Assembly: GCA_020635235.1 (NCBI GenBank)
Contig: JACKAF010000002.1
Span: 63,614 to 127,613 of the forward strand
DNA: 64,000 nucleotides
From: Pseudobdellovibrionaceae bacterium
GTDB taxonomy: Bacteria; Bdellovibrionota; FAC87; UBA2466; JACKAF01
Reading direction: 5' to 3'
Translations under genes and position numbers: made by a program
Shown: positions 50,486-60,034 of the stretch, one piece after another
Position numbering within the stretch: position 1 is the stretch's first letter
Layout: the number at the start of each line of letters is the position of its first letter
Notes under the pieces: generated by a model
The model's input: the letters and a program-made list of their open reading frames with translations, nothing else
Databases searched by the model: none
Told to the model about the DNA's origin: nothing

Positions 50486-51538
50486 ATGATCGATCTGAGT
50501 AAATTCGCCGAAGAAATCCAGAAACTCGAGAAAGCGCTCAACGAGGCCAAGACCATACTGCTTACTGCGCCCGGCGTGGCAGACGGTGACTCCATTGGAG
50601 CGCAGCTCGCGCTCAGGCGAATGCTCAAGCACAGCTACCCCAAGACCGAAGTCCGGATCGTCAACGACGAACCTTTGCAGGATCGGTATCTGTTTTTACC
50701 CGACATCCAGTACGTCGAAACCCCGGAAACCTTTTGGGCGTCCAATCCGGTGAGCAATTTTGATTTGGGAATTATCGTGGATGGTGGCGTGGATCGCGCG
50801 GGGCGGGTGCGGGAGATCTACGAGAAATGCAATAAGACTGCGTTCATCGATCACCACATTGTGAGCGTGCAATTTAGCTATGACATTCGAATCGTCGAGC
50901 CAACGGCCTGCTCTACAACCGAACTTGTTTACCACCTTTCACAGCTCCCTGCGTTTTCGACCCCACTTTCTAAAGAGTTTTGTCAGCAAGTTTATTTGGG
51001 GCTGATTTTTGATACGGGCTTTTTTCGCCACTCCAGCACGACGCCCGAAGCGATGGAGCTAGGCGCCAAGCTTCTCCGTACGGGTTTTGATTTCACCCGT
51101 GTCGGGGAACGCGGCATGCTGGAACGCACGTTCAACAGTTTAAAGCTACTCTCCTACACGCTTGCGAGGGCGCAATTGCGTGCGGAGGGAAAGATCATTT
51201 GGTCGACGGTTACCCAGGATACTTTGCGGTCTTTCAAGGCGACGGATGACGACCGCGAGGGAATTATCGATCACCTCTTTCTTACCCACGGCATCGAGGT
51301 TGCAGTCCTCTTTTACGAGATGCCGGAAAGCAAGACCCGCCTGTCCTTCCGATCTCAAGGCGCGATTGACGTGGCCCGCTTTGCTCGCAGCTTGACAGAG
51401 CACGGTGGCGGGCATGAGAAGGCCTCTGGCGCCATGCTTGACATTCCTATGTCAGAAGCGGTGGAGTGGGTGTTGGAACGGCTCGAAGCGGCATTTGAAT
51501 CGGGCCAGTTCAACGCATCCAAAAAGAAGAAGAGGTAA
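50486..51538 (+). CDS. DHH family phosphoesterase (NrnA-like)
   Basis: 'DGDSIGAQLAL', 'IVDGG', 'IDHH' and the DHHA1 motif 'GGGHEKASG' are present. I placed the start at MIDLSKF; the track ORF begins at GTG 50405. Confidence 0.8.
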   Translation: MIDLSKFAEEIQKLEKALNEAKTILLTAPGVADGDSIGAQLALRRMLKHSYPKTEVRIVNDEPLQDRYLFLPDIQYVETPETFWASNPVSNFDLGIIVDGGVDRAGRVREIYEKCNKTAFIDHHIVSVQFSYDIRIVEPTACSTTELVYHLSQLPAFSTPLSKEFCQQVYLGLIFDTGFFRHSSTTPEAMELGAKLLRTGFDFTRVGERGMLERTFNSLKLLSYTLARAQLRAEGKIIWSTVTQDTLRSFKATDDDREGIIDHLFLTHGIEVAVLFYEMPESKTRLSFRSQGAIDVARFARSLTEHGGGHEKASGAMLDIPMSEAVEWVLERLEAAFESGQFNASKKKKR

Positions 51539-51541
51539 AGG

Positions 51542-51910
51542 GTGCTAGTCGAAGTACTGAAGTGCAAAATCCACCGAATCTCGGTGACGGACGCAGATCT
51601 GCATTATGAAGGCAGCATCAGCTTGGGCCGAGAATACATGGAATGTGCCCAGCTGCGAGCCTACGAGAAGGTAGATATCTACAATATCTCCAATGGCGAA
51701 AGGTTTTCGACCTACGTGATTCCCGGCAACCCAGGCCAGGTGTGTTTAAACGGAGCGGCTGCCTGGAAGGTACGTGTAGGTGATAAGATTATTATTGCTT
51801 CTTACGCCTGGATTGAGCGCGAGGCGATGGACCACCACCACCCACGAGTTGTACTCATCGGAGAAGGAAATCAGGTAAAGTCTGTCTCGGATGCGAGCAT
51901 GAACTCTTAG
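51542..51910 (+). CDS. panD: Aspartate 1-decarboxylase
   Basis: 'LKCKIHRISVTDADLHYEGSISL' contains the G-S self-processing site. The gene has a GTG start. Confidence 0.9.
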   Translation: MLVEVLKCKIHRISVTDADLHYEGSISLGREYMECAQLRAYEKVDIYNISNGERFSTYVIPGNPGQVCLNGAAAWKVRVGDKIIIASYAWIEREAMDHHHPRVVLIGEGNQVKSVSDASMNS

Positions 51911-52019
51911 CCTGGGGTGTCACATCATCACGCCGTTTGCGTCCGTATAGGTGTGAGGCGGCAAACTAAGAGCCCTGCTTGCGGGGCTGAGAAAAGTTAA
52001 TGGGTTACGGGGGAGGCGC

Positions 52020-52523
52020 ATGAACAGGCGCATTCTGTTTTTGTTTCTATTGATTCTTTCGGTTGGGGCGAGCGCTACGGAGGTAGCCACCCCCTTCAAA
52101 GTTCGTCGCTTGGAAATCAATGCTCGGCGCGAGCTGAACGTTTATAAAGATCCATCCATGTTTCTTCCCGACTTAGGGGAAATCCACGCGGATCCTTTGA
52201 GTGGTTGGGAAAGCTTGATGGAGAACACGCCCTTGCTGACCACCGTGGAGGGCCCTGTGTGCTTTCTCCAACTGGCAGCCGCCACTCCCTTCAAGAATTT
52301 TGGCCTGGTCTCCTACCTCTACCAGCTTGCGGACTCTAGGCTAAAGTCTCCGGTCACAGCGGCTACTTTCGGGGAAGCTACCCCGATGATCGTCCCGGTC
52401 CAGTTGTGTGGGGAGAGCGCCTACTCGGACTCTCTTGGTTTTGTTTTGGAAGAGGATTTGAAAGCGGTCCAGCAGGCCCGGGTGGAGCGGGGTTTACCCC
52501 CGACTGTTAGTACGCAGCCCTAA
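52020..52523 (+). CDS. Secreted hypothetical protein
   Basis: The signal peptide is 'MNRRILFLFLLILSVGASA'. I recognised no family. Confidence 0.45.
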   Translation: MNRRILFLFLLILSVGASATEVATPFKVRRLEINARRELNVYKDPSMFLPDLGEIHADPLSGWESLMENTPLLTTVEGPVCFLQLAAATPFKNFGLVSYLYQLADSRLKSPVTAATFGEATPMIVPVQLCGESAYSDSLGFVLEEDLKAVQQARVERGLPPTVSTQP

Positions 52524-53431
52524 GCGGCTTCGCGCATCACGGTGCGGTTTCGTCCACCTTGTTTGGCGGCATAAAGGCATTCATCTGCGGTACGGATGAA
52601 ATCTTCGATCGTTTCGAAATTGCCATTCTCAAACGTCGCCACACCCAAGCTAATAGTGATGAAGATGTTCTCGTTGCGGTAGGTGACGGGCTGTTTTTCC
52701 ACGTTTAGGCGCACCCGTTCGGCTATCTGCATGGCCGTGGTGGCGTCCACGTTTCTCAGGATGATGGCAAATTCTTCTCCGCCGTACCGACAGGCGATGT
52801 TCTCAAGTCTCAAGCTCTTGTGGAGGTACTGTCCAATATGCTTCAGCACCAGATCCCCAGCGATATGGCCGTGGGTATCGTTTATTTTCTTGAAATGATC
52901 CACATCGATCATCAACAAGCTAAGCGGTGTTTTGTTGCGCTTTGAAAAGCTGAACTCCTTGGAGAGCACGTCCACGAAGTACTTTTTGTTATAGAGCTGG
53001 GTCAAGCCGTCGATGTTGGCCGCGCGAAAAAGATTCTGCTGGTACGACTGGTCGACGCTATCTTGGTAGACGAATTTGAAGTAAAGGCGTGTTCCGATAA
53101 GGATCTTGTCCCCGTCGAGCAGGACCTGCTCCTGCACCTTCTTGCCGTTCACGAAGATTCCGTTCGTGCTCCCTACATCCCGGATAACCAAATCGCTGCC
53201 GTTGCGCCAGATGATTTCGGCGTGGTTGCGCGATACGTGAGGGTCATCCAGCGGGATCTGGCACGAGGGATCTCGGCCCAGCTTTACGTTGCGCCCCTTG
53301 AGGTTGTACATCTGGCCGGTTTCTCTTCCTGAAATCTGGATGAGGTACGGCTCATAGGTGCTACCGTTGTCGTCCAAGCGGACTTTTTCCGTGACGACGA
53401 TTGTCCGGTCGCGATTTTCGTTGTCCGACAC
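52520..53431 (-). CDS. FHA domain-containing diguanylate cyclase (GGDEF)
   Basis: The N-terminal FHA domain reads 'LGRDPSCQIPLDDPHVSRNHAEI...STNGIFVNG'. The C-terminal part is a GGDEF domain with 'RYGGEEF'. Confidence 0.85.
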   Translation of the reverse strand: MSDNENRDRTIVVTEKVRLDDNGSTYEPYLIQISGRETGQMYNLKGRNVKLGRDPSCQIPLDDPHVSRNHAEIIWRNGSDLVIRDVGSTNGIFVNGKKVQEQVLLDGDKILIGTRLYFKFVYQDSVDQSYQQNLFRAANIDGLTQLYNKKYFVDVLSKEFSFSKRNKTPLSLLMIDVDHFKKINDTHGHIAGDLVLKHIGQYLHKSLRLENIACRYGGEEFAIILRNVDATTAMQIAERVRLNVEKQPVTYRNENIFITISLGVATFENGNFETIEDFIRTADECLYAAKQGGRNRTVMREAA

Positions 53432-53662
53432 TGGGGCTCCTTCCCGCTCAGGGAATAAGGGTCTACCTAATGCTTATCGACAGAATTCCAAGCATCTTTA
53501 GGGGTTAGAGAGGCCCCGCGTCGGATTAAATACCCTGTGATTCCCTAGAATTATATTGCGTGGTGCCGGGCCCTATGGCACTTTTAGCCTACGAATTTGA
53601 GCTGAACCCCGGGGTGCCCAAAGCGAAAGTTGAGCTACCTCGGAATTGCGCGGAGTGAATAC

Positions 53663-53914
53663 ATGGCGGCTGACGAACCCACACTGTTGGAACTTCTTGA
53701 GGTCATGATCAAGGCTCTAGTCGATGTCCCTGAGGAAGTGAAACTCAACGAAATCAAAGGCGAGCAGACCACCGTTTTTGAACTCGTCGTGGCCAAGGGA
53801 GATCTTGGCAAGGTTATCGGAAAGCAGGGTAAGACGGCCAAAGCGCTGCGTACAATTCTCACCGCCGCTTCCACCAAGCTCCGCAAGCGCTCGGTGCTTG
53901 AAATTATCGAGTAG
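53663..53914 (+). CDS. KH domain RNA-binding protein (YlqC/UPF0109-like)
   Basis: 'VAKGDLGKVIGKQGKTAKALRTIL' is a GxxG KH motif. I placed the start at ATG 53663. Confidence 0.75.
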   Translation: MAADEPTLLELLEVMIKALVDVPEEVKLNEIKGEQTTVFELVVAKGDLGKVIGKQGKTAKALRTILTAASTKLRKRSVLEIIE

Positions 53915-53918
53915 GTAA

Positions 53919-54581
53919 ATGGCGTCATATTTTTCTTCTTCGATCGGGCGCAAACACGTTTTGGCCTTTACTGGCTTGGGACTTTGCGGATTCTTGGTGA
54001 CGCACCTCGCTGCGAACCTTCTGATTCCGTTTAACCCGCAAGCATTTAATACTTACAGTTACAACCTCATCCACAATCCGTTCATCTATTTGGCTGAAAC
54101 TGTTCTTCTGCTGATGTTCTTGGTGCACATTGTGCTGGCACTTTGGTTGAACCTGGAAAACCGTGCCGCTCGTCCGCAGCGTTACCACGCCAAAAAGAAG
54201 ACCGGGCAGGGGACTACCGTCGCTTCGTCCACGATGGTCGCCACCGGGCTTATCACGCTGGTGTTTCTGGTATTGCATCTGATGAATTTGAAGTTTGGTG
54301 CCGAGTACACTGTGACTTATGACGGTGTCGAGATGCGCGATCTGCACCGGCTGGTACTGGAATACTTTTCCAGTCTTCCGAACGTTGTTTGGTACGTCAT
54401 GGCTCACGTCGCTTTGGCGTTGCACACCTTTCACGGCTTTCAATCTGCTTTTCAATCTCTGGGCTTTAATCACCCTCGTTACACCAAATGCGTGAAAGCG
54501 ATTGGCAAACTCTATGCGGTTGCCATCGCGGGTGGCTTCGCCTTTATCGCTATCTGGGCTTACGGCCAGGGAGGCGTGTGA
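53919..54581 (+). CDS. sdhC: Succinate dehydrogenase/fumarate reductase cytochrome b subunit (b558-type, 5 TM)
   Basis: The N-terminus '[15 protein letters not shown]' is present, along with five hydrophobic helices carrying conserved His residues. It lies directly upstream of sdhA and sdhB. Confidence 0.8.
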   Translation: MASYFSSSIGRKHVLAFTGLGLCGFLVTHLAANLLIPFNPQAFNTYSYNLIHNPFIYLAETVLLLMFLVHIVLALWLNLENRAARPQRYHAKKKTGQGTTVASSTMVATGLITLVFLVLHLMNLKFGAEYTVTYDGVEMRDLHRLVLEYFSSLPNVVWYVMAHVALALHTFHGFQSAFQSLGFNHPRYTKCVKAIGKLYAVAIAGGFAFIAIWAYGQGGV

Positions 54582-56497
54582 TGTCAGACAGACTCAATTC
54601 CCAGGTCCCGTCGGGTGATATTCGTCAAAAATGGGAACAACATAAGTTCGATCTTAAACTCGTTAACCCTGCGAACAAGCGCAAATTTACCGTGCTTGTG
54701 GTGGGAACGGGACTCGCCGGCGGCTCAGCTGCCGCGTCTTTGGCGGAGCTCGGGTACAACGTGCTATCGTTTTGTATTCAAGATTCACCGCGACGGGCAC
54801 ATTCCATTGCGGCCCAGGGCGGGATAAATGCGGCCAAGAATTATCCCAATGACGGCGATTCCGTTTGGAGACTTTTCTACGATACCGTAAAGGGCGGAGA
54901 CTACCGATCGCGCGAGGCCAACGTCTATCGTTTGGCCGAGGTGTCAGCCAATATCATTGATCAGTGTACGGCGCAGGGAGTGCCGTTTGCGCGGGAATAT
55001 GGTGGCTATCTTGCGAACCGTTCTTTCGGCGGTGCACAAGTATCCCGTACTTTCTACGCCCGTGGGCAGACGGGACAGCAGCTCCTCCTGGGTGCCTATT
55101 CAGCCATGATGAAGGAAGTCGATCGCGGAAAGATCAAAATGTTTTCGCGTCGAGAGATGGTGGAGCTGGTTCTTGTCGATGGGAAAGCCCGTGGTCTTGT
55201 GATGCGCAATTTGGTGACGGGCGAACTGGAACGCTATGCCGGAGATGCAGTTCTTTTGTGTACCGGCGGCTACGGGAATGTGTACTACCTTTCCACGAAC
55301 GCGATGGCGTCGAATTGTTCGGCGGCCTGGCGCGCCCACAAACAGGGTGCCTTTTTCGCCAATCCTTGCTTTACGCAGATTCACCCAACTTGCATTCCTG
55401 TCTCGGGGCACTACCAATCCAAGTTAACTTTGATGTCGGAATCGCTTCGAAACGACGGACGGGTTTGGGTCCCAAAAAAGCAGGGAGATACACGGGCGCC
55501 GGAGGATATTCCGCAGGATGAGCGCGACTACTACCTGGAGCGCAAGTACCCGTCCTTCGGAAACCTAGTGCCGCGTGATGTGGCCTCGCGAAACGCAAAG
55601 CAGGTCTGCGATGAAGGCCGCGGTGTGGGGCATAGCAAGCTTGCGGTCTATCTCGACTTTAAAGACGCCATACAACGCGACGGGCGCGATACGATCGAGG
55701 CCAAATACGGCAATCTCTTTGAGATGTACAACCGTATTACGGATGAAGACCCGTACGTTTCCCCGATGCGAATTTATCCCGCAGTCCATTACACTATGGG
55801 TGGGCTATGGGTGGATTACAATTTGATGAGCACGATTCCGGGTCTGTTCGTCCTGGGAGAAGCAAATTTTTCAGATCATGGAGCTAACCGCCTCGGGGCT
55901 TCGGCGCTGATGCAGGGGCTTGCGGATGGTTATTTCGTCATACCGTACACCTTGGGTGGTTACCTCGCCGGCAACAAACTTGGCAAAGTTGCCATCGAAA
56001 ACGAAGCTTTTGCAGCCGCCGCCAAACGCGCGCAAGATCGCATTGATCAGTTCTTTGCCGCTAGGGGCAGTAAGACGGTTGATCATTTTCACAAGGAACT
56101 TGGCCGCATCATGTGGGATTACGTTGGGATGGCCCGCAACGAAGAAGGGCTTAAGACTGCGCTCACGGAAATTCCTAAATTGCGCGAGGCCTTCTGGACC
56201 GATTTGCGGGTTTCAGGCGAGGCCAACAATTTTAATCCAGAACTTGAGAAGGCCGGGCGCGTCGCGGACTTCCTGGAGCTTGGCGAGTTGATGGCCAAAG
56301 ATGCTTTGGAGCGCAAGGAATCGTGTGGCGGGCATTTTAGGGAAGAGTCTCAGACCGACGAAAACGAGGCGAAGCGTGACGATTCCAACTTTAGCCACGT
56401 GGCGGCCTGGGAATTCAAGGGCGTAGGGCAATTCGAACTTCACAAAGAGCATTTGGAATTTGAGAACGTGAAGTTGACACAGCGGAGCTACAAGTAA
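54581..56497 (+). CDS. sdhA: Succinate dehydrogenase/fumarate reductase flavoprotein subunit
   Basis: The FAD-binding site '[14 protein letters not shown]' and the '[14 protein letters not shown]' site (FAD-linked His) are present. The start overlaps the sdhC stop. Confidence 0.9.
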   Translation: MSDRLNSQVPSGDIRQKWEQHKFDLKLVNPANKRKFTVLVVGTGLAGGSAAASLAELGYNVLSFCIQDSPRRAHSIAAQGGINAAKNYPNDGDSVWRLFYDTVKGGDYRSREANVYRLAEVSANIIDQCTAQGVPFAREYGGYLANRSFGGAQVSRTFYARGQTGQQLLLGAYSAMMKEVDRGKIKMFSRREMVELVLVDGKARGLVMRNLVTGELERYAGDAVLLCTGGYGNVYYLSTNAMASNCSAAWRAHKQGAFFANPCFTQIHPTCIPVSGHYQSKLTLMSESLRNDGRVWVPKKQGDTRAPEDIPQDERDYYLERKYPSFGNLVPRDVASRNAKQVCDEGRGVGHSKLAVYLDFKDAIQRDGRDTIEAKYGNLFEMYNRITDEDPYVSPMRIYPAVHYTMGGLWVDYNLMSTIPGLFVLGEANFSDHGANRLGASALMQGLADGYFVIPYTLGGYLAGNKLGKVAIENEAFAAAAKRAQDRIDQFFAARGSKTVDHFHKELGRIMWDYVGMARNEEGLKTALTEIPKLREAFWTDLRVSGEANNFNPELEKAGRVADFLELGELMAKDALERKESCGGHFREESQTDENEAKRDDSNFSHVAAWEFKGVGQFELHKEHLEFENVKLTQRSYK

Positions 56498-56507
56498 GGG
56501 GCCAAGA

Positions 56508-57263
56508 ATGAAGCTGCACCTGAAAATTTGGAGACAGAAGAACACAAAGACACCTGGAAAAATTGTGTCGTACGAGTTGAACGACGTTTCTCCGGACATG
56601 TCTTTTCTGGAAATGCTGGATGTCCTCAATGAGCAATTGGTAGGAAAGGGCGACGATCCCGTTGCTTTTGATCATGATTGCCGTGAAGGGATTTGCGGAA
56701 TGTGTTCGCTGATGATCAATGGGCAAGCTCACGGCCCGGAAGCGCTCACCACCACCTGCCAGCTGCACATGCGGAAGTTCAAAGATGGCGACACGATTGT
56801 CATTGAACCTTTTAGGGCTCGCGCGTTCCCGGTCGTAAAGGATTTGGCTGTCAACCGCTCCGCTTTTGATCGTGTCATCCAGGCGGGCGGCTATGTGTCC
56901 GTGAATACCGGCAGCGCCCAAGATGCCAACGCCATTCCGATACCTAAAGAAAATGCGGATCTCGCCATGGACGCAGCGGCCTGCATTGGGTGTGGGGCCT
57001 GTGTGGCGGCTTGTCCCAATGCCGCTGCGATGCTTTTTGTTTCGGCTAAGCTTTCTCAGCTCGCGCTTCTCCCGCAGGGACAGCCGGAACGAGAACGCCG
57101 GGCGCTTCGCATGGTAGATCAAATGGACAAAGAAGGCTTTGGCAATTGCACCAACCACTACGAGTGCATGGCTTCCTGTCCTAAAGGCATCGACGTGGAG
57201 AATATTGCTCGCATGAATCGCGAGTACGGCTTTGCGGCGGTTAAGACCCGCACCAAACACTAA
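56508..57263 (+). CDS. sdhB: Succinate dehydrogenase/fumarate reductase iron-sulfur subunit
   Basis: The Cys clusters '[10 protein letters not shown]', '[12 protein letters not shown]' and '[12 protein letters not shown]' are present. Confidence 0.9.
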   Translation: MKLHLKIWRQKNTKTPGKIVSYELNDVSPDMSFLEMLDVLNEQLVGKGDDPVAFDHDCREGICGMCSLMINGQAHGPEALTTTCQLHMRKFKDGDTIVIEPFRARAFPVVKDLAVNRSAFDRVIQAGGYVSVNTGSAQDANAIPIPKENADLAMDAAACIGCGACVAACPNAAAMLFVSAKLSQLALLPQGQPERERRALRMVDQMDKEGFGNCTNHYECMASCPKGIDVENIARMNREYGFAAVKTRTKH

Positions 57264-57352
57264 GGCCGGTCCTCCCACCACGTCTGGACTTCTCATACTT
57301 ATGGCACAAGGGTTGCTCTCTCTCTGCCCAGAGGGCGCGGGGGAGGGCAGTT

Positions 57353-58750
57353 GTGCGGTCAAAGCCCCCCAAAAAGTCGAATTTTGTCACTTGTGGGGCG
57401 GAGATTGTCTTGAAAATCCCCAAAAAAATCAGCTTAGGCGAGAAGCCGCACGTGCTTTGGAAGCGCGTTTCGAGTTCCCTGTCCGTGGTGCTTGGTCTGG
57501 TGATTACCTTTTGGGTTTCCTCTATCGGCAAAGCGGCGGAGCGAGTACGAAAAACCGTAAAGACCAAAACATCTTCGTGGAAGGCTTCTTATTCCCAAAC
57601 ACTGAACGCTCGCGCGTGGCACTATTTTCGTCCCGCCTGGCAACCCGAGGCCCACTTGGGTCACCCGCTACCGATCGCAAAAATCCAAAACATCATCCAG
57701 GATCCGCAAGATCGTGTTGAAAAAAAATTCCGCGTGCCTCCAAGTTTACGTGGCCGAGTAGCGTTCTGGATCGATGTTTTCTCTAGGTTCGATAGTAACT
57801 ACCGAATTGTCCACGATCGAGATTTTCCTGAGCTCGTGTACGGAGTGATCGACTTCACCTCCATTAACAGCACGCTCCCTCCGGCGGTCGCGCGCTGGCG
57901 GCGTCGAGAAATCGAACGTCGGGTTATGTTAGAACTTAAGGCGCGCATTGGCGAAGCCACAGAGATGACCAAGCCGCGCAGACCTCGTCTCTCTCCGGAA
58001 GAGAAAAAAGACCTATTGCGAATTCTCAGCAAACACAACTTTGAGAACCGCTACGAAGTGCTGCGCCGCCTGCGTAGAATGCGTTCGCAAACGGGTCATA
58101 AAGATCATTTTCTTGCAGCGATGCGCCGGGCGAATGACCTCATCCCGCCGATCGAAACCTTGTTTAAGGAGCGCGGCCTACCAATGATCTTGGCGCGCCT
58201 GCCTTTTGTGGAGTCTTCGTTCAACCGATGGGCCGTCTCCAAGACTGGGGCCGTCGGGATTTGGCAGTTCATGCCATCTACCGCAAAACGATACGATCCT
58301 ACAGGTACGGCGGCCGAGCTTTCGGACCCCATTCGCCAGAGCAGAAGTGCCGCGCGTATGTTGACGATCTTATACGAACGTCTGGGACGCTGGGACTATG
58401 CCATCACTGCCTACAACCAGGGTGTTTTGCGTATCCAACGAATCGCGCACCAAAACCAAACTAACAATATTTCCGACATGATTGCTTTACCTCCAAAACG
58501 AGGGACGCTGGGCTTTGCCGGGAAAAATTTCTACGCCGAACTTCTCGCGGTAAACCTAATAGAAAAGTACAAAGAAAAAGTGTTTAAGGGGCATGAGTTT
58601 GGACCTTCGATACAATTGGTGAAGCGGAAAAAGACGCGCTACTCGGTCAGTTCGCCAGTCTATGGCCCTCCTGTCCCGAAAAAAGTCCGGCTGCAGCGCC
58701 ATTCTATTACCCGGCGGCACTCGGTGAAAAGGTTTCGCCGCGGTCGCTAG
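57353..58750 (+). CDS. Lytic transglycosylase domain protein (SLT/MltD-like)
   Basis: The 'VESSFNRWAVSKTGAVGIWQFMPSTA...AYNQG' catalytic region is present. The N-terminal start is uncertain. Confidence 0.8.
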   Translation: MRSKPPKKSNFVTCGAEIVLKIPKKISLGEKPHVLWKRVSSSLSVVLGLVITFWVSSIGKAAERVRKTVKTKTSSWKASYSQTLNARAWHYFRPAWQPEAHLGHPLPIAKIQNIIQDPQDRVEKKFRVPPSLRGRVAFWIDVFSRFDSNYRIVHDRDFPELVYGVIDFTSINSTLPPAVARWRRREIERRVMLELKARIGEATEMTKPRRPRLSPEEKKDLLRILSKHNFENRYEVLRRLRRMRSQTGHKDHFLAAMRRANDLIPPIETLFKERGLPMILARLPFVESSFNRWAVSKTGAVGIWQFMPSTAKRYDPTGTAAELSDPIRQSRSAARMLTILYERLGRWDYAITAYNQGVLRIQRIAHQNQTNNISDMIALPPKRGTLGFAGKNFYAELLAVNLIEKYKEKVFKGHEFGPSIQLVKRKKTRYSVSSPVYGPPVPKKVRLQRHSITRRHSVKRFRRGR

Positions 58751-59169
58751 GGCTTCATCGCGAGTAGGCCTACGCCCCCCGGATAGCGATCTTCACACCA
58801 TTTGAACTTGTCCAATACTTCTTCTGGGACTTTCTTTGGATCAATTTCCGTAAAGCCGATCGATCGATAGAGTTCCACCAAGTGGGCTAGCGGGATACAG
58901 TAAACCAGCTTTCCCTTCGCGCGTGCCAACAAGAAATCGATTACGGATTTTGCCACTCCAGTTCCGCGAAAAAATTCTTCCACAAAGATGCCGCCAAGCT
59001 CAAAAGAGTTTTCGTCAATTGGAATCAATCGCCCAACTCCGGCCTTTCGTCCATCCACTTCCGCAACGGCAATAGTTTCTTTGGTGAAATTTGATGCCAG
59101 GAAACCGGCCTGCTCGTACCGATTGTTTATCCAGGGATGATCTTCTTCACTTGCCAGTCTTACGTGCAT
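58747..59169 (-). CDS. GNAT family N-acetyltransferase
   Basis: 140 aa. 'FRGTGVAKSVIDFLL' is the acetyl-CoA binding motif A. Confidence 0.75.
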   Translation of the reverse strand: MHVRLASEEDHPWINNRYEQAGFLASNFTKETIAVAEVDGRKAGVGRLIPIDENSFELGGIFVEEFFRGTGVAKSVIDFLLARAKGKLVYCIPLAHLVELYRSIGFTEIDPKKVPEEVLDKFKWCEDRYPGGVGLLAMKP

Positions 59170-59177
59170 CCTGCCTC

Positions 59178-59957
59178 CTAAAACTCCAGACCTACCGATA
59201 AGTTAACAAATTCGGCGACCACGCGCAGCTTAAGTGTTTCGGACAAGCGAATCCCCAACCCTATTCCGAAGTTGGGATCTAGGTTTTGGAATAGGCCACC
59301 GGTGACGAAATGAAATCCGCCATCGGTAGTAGGGCGAGAGTCGTACTCAAATAGCCGCATGTGCATCCCTGCCAAGAATTCCAGAACGAGGGATTCGTCT
59401 TGCAACGGAACGAGCAATCTCAGCCGTAGTGGCAGTTGAAAGTAGATGTGAGTGAAACTGTCCACTAGAGGGAGAGCGCTCAGCCGCGAAAAGGTAAAAC
59501 CGAAGCCAAACTCTCCGTGCAGATACGCGTCCCCGAGTGCAAAGATGGGCAGGGAGGCAAGGAAATCTGCGCCGTAGGAGGTGAACCGCTTGTCGTACGT
59601 ATTTTCGCGGATAAGCGGTGTGTGCAACAGCGCACTCATGAATAGCGTGTCGAGCGGGTGGGCGACGGGGCGATCGTAGTGGATGCGCGGTCGGTAGACG
59701 CGGTCGCCAGGACGTTGGCGGGGGCGATTGCCTTCCAGAGGTTTTTGTTGTCTGCGCGGGGCGCTACGATTTTCGCGGACGCCCTTTTCTCGGGAGCGGC
59801 GAGTCGGGAGCAACGGAGGTTCCTCTTCAGATTCAATCTGATTTCGTGTTCTCCCTGTTGCGGCGTCGTCTTCGTAAACGGGCTCGGCACAAAGCGGTCG
59901 TATCGGCGACAGCCACAGAAGCAATAGCGCAAGATGCAAACAAGTTCGAATCATCAA
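59178..59957 (-). CDS. Hypothetical outer-membrane/secreted protein
   Basis: It has a signal peptide and an Arg/Pro-rich linker. The C-terminal half has beta-strand periodicity and ends in 'VGLEF'. Confidence 0.45.
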   Translation of the reverse strand: MMIRTCLHLALLLLWLSPIRPLCAEPVYEDDAATGRTRNQIESEEEPPLLPTRRSREKGVRENRSAPRRQQKPLEGNRPRQRPGDRVYRPRIHYDRPVAHPLDTLFMSALLHTPLIRENTYDKRFTSYGADFLASLPIFALGDAYLHGEFGFGFTFSRLSALPLVDSFTHIYFQLPLRLRLLVPLQDESLVLEFLAGMHMRLFEYDSRPTTDGGFHFVTGGLFQNLDPNFGIGLGIRLSETLKLRVVAEFVNLSVGLEF

Positions 59958-60034
59958 ATAGGTGTTCGGTACATTCTAGAACTCCAAATAAGAGCTGGCA
60001 ACGTCGGGTTCTCAGGGCTATACTCCGGAGCACC

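Noticed and set aside
53576-53591. TGGCAC sequence upstream of the KH-protein/sdh genes, considered as a sigma-54 promoter
   Set aside because: The downstream GC element (TGGCACTTTTAGCCT) is displaced by 2 nt relative to the canonical TGGCAC-N5-TTGC register, and there is no TTGC.
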